Assembly (NCBI GenBank): GCA_964016885.1
Contig: OZ024746.1
Location: 27,404,001-27,468,000 of the forward strand
Length of the DNA: 64,000 nucleotides
From: Eledone cirrhosa
Taxonomy: Eukaryota
Reading direction: 5' to 3'
Each line of letters starts with the position of its first letter. Within the stretch, counting starts at the first letter, position 1. Shown here piece after piece: positions 57,112-64,000 of the stretch. The translations under genes were made by a program, and so were the position numbers. The notes below the pieces were generated by a model. That model did not search any database, was not told where the DNA came from, and was given only the letters and a program-made list of their open reading frames with translations.

Positions 57112-57843
57112 TGTTATACTTGGGGAGGATCATATTTGTGTAATATTGCCAGAATTAATAACAGAACACACTCACTGTTTGGTTGGTTTTCGCTTCTCGC
57201 TTCTGTGTCTTTTATATCGGTAATCTAACTTACTCGGTCCTCAATGTTGCCATTGACTGACCGACGGTCAAAAATAATACAGATACAATATAGACACAAA
57301 CACATATATATAGTTTATCATAAATCTTTCGTTGCACATCTGCAACATCGTCAGTGGTGTTATATTTTCCTCCTGTTGTATTGTATGTCTACGCCATTTT
57401 TATTCAGTGTGGCACGTCGCCCAGGCTTTGCTCTTCTTCTCAACCACATTATCCTCTGTGTTCCCAATCTTTGCTCTAAGATACAGGAAGTCCTCAACCA
57501 AATCTAGCGCTAAAAATGGCGTAGACATACAATACAACAGGAGGAAAATATAACACCACTGACGATGTTGCAGATGTGCAACGAAAGATTTATGATAAGC
57601 TATATATATGTGTTTGTGTCTATATTGTATCTGTATTATTTTTGACCGTCGGTCAGTCAATGGCAACATTGAGGACCGAGTAAGTTAGATTACCGATATA
57701 AAAGACACAGAAGCGAGAAGCGAAAACCAACCAAACAGTGAGTGTGTTCTGTTATTAATTCTGGCAATATTACACAAATATGACCCTCCCCAAGTATAAC
57801 AATATTTGTTTCGACACACGATTTCATATTAAAAACATCGCAA

Positions 57844-57850
<7 letters not shown>
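57111..57850. repeat. Family A palindrome with about 290-bp arms enclosing an RTE fragment
   Basis: 57111-57402 is nearly the exact reverse complement of 57511-57803. Loop 57405-57509 is the reverse complement of RTE sequence at 58637-58740. Confidence 0.9.
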
Positions 57851-57888
<38 letters not shown>

Positions 57889-57916
57889 GACACACACACA
57901 CGCACACAAACGCACA

Positions 57917-57987
<71 letters not shown>

Positions 57988-57992
57988 ACACA

Positions 57993-58101
<109 letters not shown>

Positions 58102-58147
58102 ATATATATATATATATATATAAAGAAATAGACATACATGCATACAT

Positions 58148-59190
58148 ACATTGACTTTAGGAAAGCCTTTAATTCTGTGGACCGTTACTGCCTGATGAAG
58201 ATCTTACAGGCTTATGGAATCCTCAAGAAGATGGTGGACCTGATATCACTGCTCTACACCAACACCAAAGCCCAAGTCATTACACCTGATGGGATGACAG
58301 AGTTCTTTGAGATATTGGCTGGAGTGCTCCAGGGAGATACATTGTCTTCCTACCTTTTTATCATCGCAGTGCATTATTGTATGCGCCTTGCGCTGGAGAA
58401 ACACTAAGACTCTGGCTTTACAGTAGCACTGGCTCAGAGCAGGAGATTTAATGCTAAAAAGATATCAGATGCTGAATTTGCTGACGACATAGTTCCGGTG
58501 ACAAACCCAGTGAAGGAGACAAAGGAGTTGTTGCAGGAGGTGGAGACTGTGTCCATGAGTGTGGGGCTGAGAATGAATGCGATTAAGACGAAGTATCTGG
58601 TAGAGAACATTAAGAAGCCAGAGATAGGCGGGAAGTCGCTAGATTTGGTTGAGGACTTCCTGTATCTGAGAGCAAAGATTGGGAACACAGAGGATAATGT
58701 GGTTGAGAAGAAAAGCAAAGCCTGGGCGGCGTGCCACACTTTGAGATCGGTGTGGAAGTCGGACCTTCGTAAAGACCAGAAGATCCGTCTCTTCGTTGCT
58801 ACAGTGGAGTCGATGCTACTGTACGTGTCTGAGACTTGGACACTGACCAAGAAACTCACTGAGATGGTGGATAGGTGCTGCACGAGAATGTTGAGGATGG
58901 CTCTGAACATTAATCAGAGGTTGAAGAACTCAGAGCTGTACGGGAACCTCCCAAAAGTCAGCTCGAAAATAACACAGAGGTTAGCTGGACATGCTCACCG
59001 ACATTCAGAGTTGACACTACACTCAGTGCCCCCGTGGGCGCCTCTACACAGACACTAGAAGAGGGAGACAGGGGTTGACATTGATGCCCAGACACTGTTC
59101 CATGGGAGACGCAGGACATGGCGGTGATGATGAAGGACAGAGACCGCTGGAGAGAACTCGTTCATGGATCTCGGGAATTTTAGCCGCCCT
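58148..59190 (+). mobile_element. 5'-truncated RTE-clade LINE (RT to 3' end), degenerate
   Basis: IDFRKAFNSV, GVLQGDTL, EFADDI, VESMLLYVSETWTLTK, LAGHAHRH, with in-frame stops and deletions. Confidence 0.9.
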
Positions 59191-59314
59191 ATATATACAT
59201 AGATACGTACAAATATTTATATATATAAATATATATATATATATAAATATATATATATATGCATATATATATATGCATATATATATATAAAAAAAACATA
59301 TATATATATATATA

Positions 59315-59417
<103 letters not shown>

Positions 59418-59752
59418 GATAAATTTTCGAAAATTATCAGCGAGGACAAGACAACGAACGAAAACATGGCAAAACAAAAAACAATTCTTTAAAAAATAAA
59501 AATACAAACGAAAGATACAGAACTCCAGGTCATCGGTCGTTAAGATGGACTTCGGCACTTTCGACCCCAGTCAATGGAGCTGCTGGTACACATGGGGTTC
59601 ACAGTGTCTACCATAAATCAAACTCTGTCCACTGGAGTCAGAGACGAGAGACATATATATATATCTTAAAGATACTAGCTTAATGAAAACATCGAGTGAG
59701 TGGGAAAGCGATCGAAGACTTTTCGGTCATATCTGATGGCTTCGTTTCAGTA

Positions 59753-59929
<177 letters not shown>

Positions 59930-59980
59930 CATAAATACATACATATAAATATATATATATATATATGTATATATAAATAT

Positions 59981-60063
<83 letters not shown>

Positions 60064-60065
60064 CA

Positions 60066-60167
<102 letters not shown>

Positions 60168-60911
60168 TTGTAATTGCGTTGCCTACTTCTTAACAACACA
60201 CATATATTGGAAAGAAAAATTTTCCCATTTACGTACTGGTTTAGTTTTGTAGCTCACGGATATTCCTGTATTTCTTTGATAAATAAATACTAAATATATA
60301 AATATAAAAGACATTTGTCGAAAACTAAACGTTTTGTCCAGATAAGCAGGGAAAATAGATTTGTATAAGTTCATTATGTGAACTAGTGTGTTAACATTGA
60401 GATGTAGAATGTCTTTCGGCTACAACATGACTTCAACTCAAAATATATTAATAAGGCTTGCAGCGATAAGACGAATATTTCTATCAATTACGCGTGGCTT
60501 TACTACAGCATGGTTTTATATATATAGTTAGAGCTTCTTTTTTTATTTCTGTTACTATTGATAATTTTTTTACTTTATATTATGTTGTATATCTCATTAT
60601 TTCTGAAGCATTACGAACGTAACAACTAGAGAGTCGTTTTTATATTCTTTTAAATGTCTCCCTAACTAGTTACATAACTCTTATATCATTCTATAGTTAG
60701 TTCTTCTATATTATGTAAATATAATACGCTTTTTTACATAGCTGCCATTGAAATGTGCAGTAAAGATAAACATATTCTGGAATAAAAATTGAAGATAGCT
60801 AAATCTGTAATTATGTATTGCTAGAATATTTCAACGGTTATTTACTAGGAATATATTTATACATAATACATTCATGTAGGCATGGTTATGTGGTTAAAGA
60901 GCTATATTCGC

Positions 60912-60955
<44 letters not shown>

Positions 60956-61024
60956 TACACACGCACACACGCACGCACACGAGCGTGCACACACACACAC
61001 ACACATACACAAGCACCCTATACA

Positions 61025-61243
61025 TTTTTTACAGGACTTGTAATAGAGAGCGTTAAAGATAAAAGTCAAACCAAGTCTCTATATGGCAGCTCTACAAATT
61101 TAAAATTTGGAGCAGTTATATATTGTAAATTGGTTTAATCAACATACATGACTGCTCCAAATTTTAAATCTGTGAAGCTGCGATAGAGGGACTTAGTTTA
61201 ATTTTTGCTATCGTTAGCGCTCTTTATGACAATTTCTATAAAA
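61025..61243. mobile_element. Old fold-back or MITE-like inverted repeat
   Basis: Diverged arms of about 100 bp centred near 61132, e.g. TTTAAAATTTGGAGCAGT / ACTGCTCCAAATTTTAAA. Confidence 0.6.
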
Positions 61244-62080
61244 TCTGCCCTTCTGTAGGACGTTAATGTTTTAGCCACCATGTGCTTTTATTTTGGACAC
61301 TCTGCCAGGACAGATCGCTAGTTTAGTGTTCAATATGTGATTTATTATGTAAAGATCCGAACATCACTGATAATGGATTTCTCGTTGGACTTGATAGCAA
61401 CATAACTAATCATATACTGTCAGTCAAACATTGGGAAAGCTATCCCTTAGGATTATTTTGATATATATCACGGGTAAGTGTTATCTAGTTATTCTGGAGA
61501 AATCGCAGGAATTCTGTTGAAGCTAAAGAAAAATACCCAGAAAATCATGTTAGAGTGACATTTTAGTAATTACAAATATTCGTATGTATGTAAGATTTCT
61601 CTATTACTTTTTTGATTATTGATATATTCCTAACAGTGGATCTTATAAATCCTTTATATCATATGGACATTTAAAGGAATGGAATAATGGAGATATTTGT
61701 ATCTATGTAATTATTTCAAGAATATGAACATGAAACATCTATAATCATAATCTAAACCAAGACGTGGATTAGAATGAAGAAATAATGAAATATGAACGTT
61801 CTTCCTGCAGTAATTAACAATTTAAATGAGATAAGAACTTAACATTGATATACGTGGAAACATATAACTTAGATACTAACTAATCTGGCATGCAGTTTGC
61901 TTATTCTATAGCTAAAATAAAATAGTTTATGATTAAACAGCAATGCAATATATACAAATGACGTCAACACCAATCGTGCTTCTTCTTCAAATATACATAT
62001 TCAACATTCCCTTTACATCATCATTAATAACCTTCTTAAGATACACTGCCATCCAAAATCTGTGAGTTAGTTAGCATAAT

Positions 62081-62207
62081 TGTTTCTACTTTGGGCACAA
62101 GGCCAGCAATCACCCAGTGCATTACTGGTACTTTATTTTATCGACCCCGTAAGGATGAAAGGCAAAGTTAACCTCGGCGGGATTTGAACTCAGAATGGCA
62201 AGGGCTG
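62081..62207 (-). mobile_element. 5'-truncated SINE S1 with about 15-bp TSD
   Basis: GTTAGTTAGCATAAT before the copy and GTTAGTTAGTATAAT after it. Confidence 0.85.
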
Positions 62208-62698
62208 GGTTAGTTAGTATAATATATATTAGTTTACAACGGTACAAAGCCGGAAAAATACTTGAATGCAAAAGCAATTATTCAATCTCTAGAAGTCTTC
62301 AATTATACCCACATTAATGTTCTATTTTGAGACGGTGCTGCTATTGTACATACAAACATCCTAAATATCCTCCTGAACATTGGCATAATTTCACTGACAC
62401 ATGGTCAAGCCTCAGGCCCATAGGCGTTCGGTCGCTCCACTCTCTGACAATTCTAGGTCTACTATAATGGTCATTGCTTTTTTGAGGTGTCTGTTCTCGT
62501 GCTACACCCACCCTCAGCTCCTGATATATGTCGTATTGCAGTCGTCGGGATATATGCTATGATTTCGGTATTTTTAAACTTAGCAAAGTCCATCGACCTC
62601 CCTCGACCTATAGGCGACGATTTCTTCCATCGAGAAAGGGTTAGAGAAAGAATGGGAGAGATAGATACATAGAGAGGCAGATAGATAGCTAGATAGAT

Positions 62699-62814
<116 letters not shown>

Positions 62815-63175
62815 CGAGCGAGTAATTGAACTAGTACTTAATTGGTACTTTATTTGTCGAACTTAGAATGTTAAACAGCAACGGAAATTGACCTTAGGGC
62901 GCAGAGAGCAAGAACGAAAACATGCAATATATTTTTTAACTCGCTCTTTAATTAATCTTCCAATTCAACGCTTTATAACCGTAACTGTTTTTTTTCCATT
63001 TCAGGTAGACGCAATCGATCATCCACTTTTCTAAAACAATAAATCATACTCAAAACGCCAGCACCAACAGTTTTCCAAGATATGTCAACATGAATGGACC
63101 TGTTATTTTTATCTAAAGAGATTTTTTCCAATACCAACCCGCCCGCCACTTCAATCTATCTCATTTCTCATTCTT

Positions 63176-63211
63176 TCTTCTGATGAAGGACTAGCGTCCG
63201 AAACATTAAGA
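63176..63211 (+). ncRNA. Hammerhead-like motif (family H5)
   Basis: TCTT-CTGATGA-A-GGAC-TAGC-GTCC-GAAA-CATT-AAGA. Decayed relatives near 4300-4340 (-), 12847-12872 (+) and 13292-13325 (-). Confidence 0.5.
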
Positions 63212-63739
63212 CCCTCTTCCTGCTATTTCAAGCGTTAACCTAATATATTCCTTCCAATTGTGTTGTTATTTCTGGTTTTTCTTTTACACACACAGACACA
63301 CACATATATACACGCATATATCTACACAACTATATTATCAACTGATGAAAACCAGCATTGACAAGTTTGAAGCGATACTGCGGAGGGGGAAATGTTAAAA
63401 ACTATTTGAAATAATAAACCCTAACATCTTAATATTAGATGTAACCACAGTAAATTTTCCATAAAATAAATTACAAAGACCAAGAAAAAACAATACGTTT
63501 TACCAAATATAATCAACACATTATACATTAAATAAAGTATATTTACTTTACAACACTTTTTCAGATTTTCTCTAATTCAAACTAATTTTTAGTAAAACTG
63601 AATTGAATTTTCTCATTTTGTAATTCCATTTCTTCAATTTATATTCGTATGTAACTCATTATCTCATTTACTGTAATCCTATTTCAATAAACTTCTCTTC
63701 TCCACTTTCAAATTTCTTTTACATACATATCTCTCTCTC

Positions 63740-63836
<97 letters not shown>

Positions 63837-63919
63837 CATCCATCTATCTATCTATCTACCTAACAATCCACCTATTCCTATATATATACATCTCTGTATA
63901 TATATATATATATATATAA

Positions 63920-64000
<81 letters not shown>

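Noticed and set aside
63335-63375. CTGATGA-AAAC...GTTT-GAAG hammerhead-like motif
   Set aside because: Core reads GAAG and no convincing stem I or III is present.

Overview
AT-rich, microsatellite-saturated eukaryotic intergenic or intronic DNA. The repeat landscape suggests a coleoid cephalopod such as octopus (inference). No host protein-coding gene is supportable, and most ORF-track entries are translations of (TA)n, (CA)n, (GA)n and trinucleotide repeats. All real coding content is retrotransposon-derived. (1) An apparently full-length L1/Tx1-clade LINE at 49846-55856 has a CCHC ORF1 broken only by a 1-nt indel in an A7 run and an intact 1137-aa APE-RT-zinc finger ORF2. It sits in an (ATT)n microsatellite at the end of a 10-kb nest with two R4/Dong-like RLE LINE fragments and a second Tx1 ORF1. 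(2) An abundant tRNA-derived SINE shares its terminal 22-nt pattern (CCTTGTG-N8-AGAAAYM then ATT) with that LINE and integrates at ATT with 14-20 bp TSDs, making a candidate ATT-targeting LINE/SINE pair. (3) At least 8-9 minimal type-I hammerhead ribozyme motifs from several families lie in short TA-embedded repeats resembling Penelope-like element termini. (4) RTE and Vingi-like LINE fragments (one RTE with a twin-priming-type inversion), a non-autonomous Helitron, several fold-back elements and a 29-bp minisatellite are also present.
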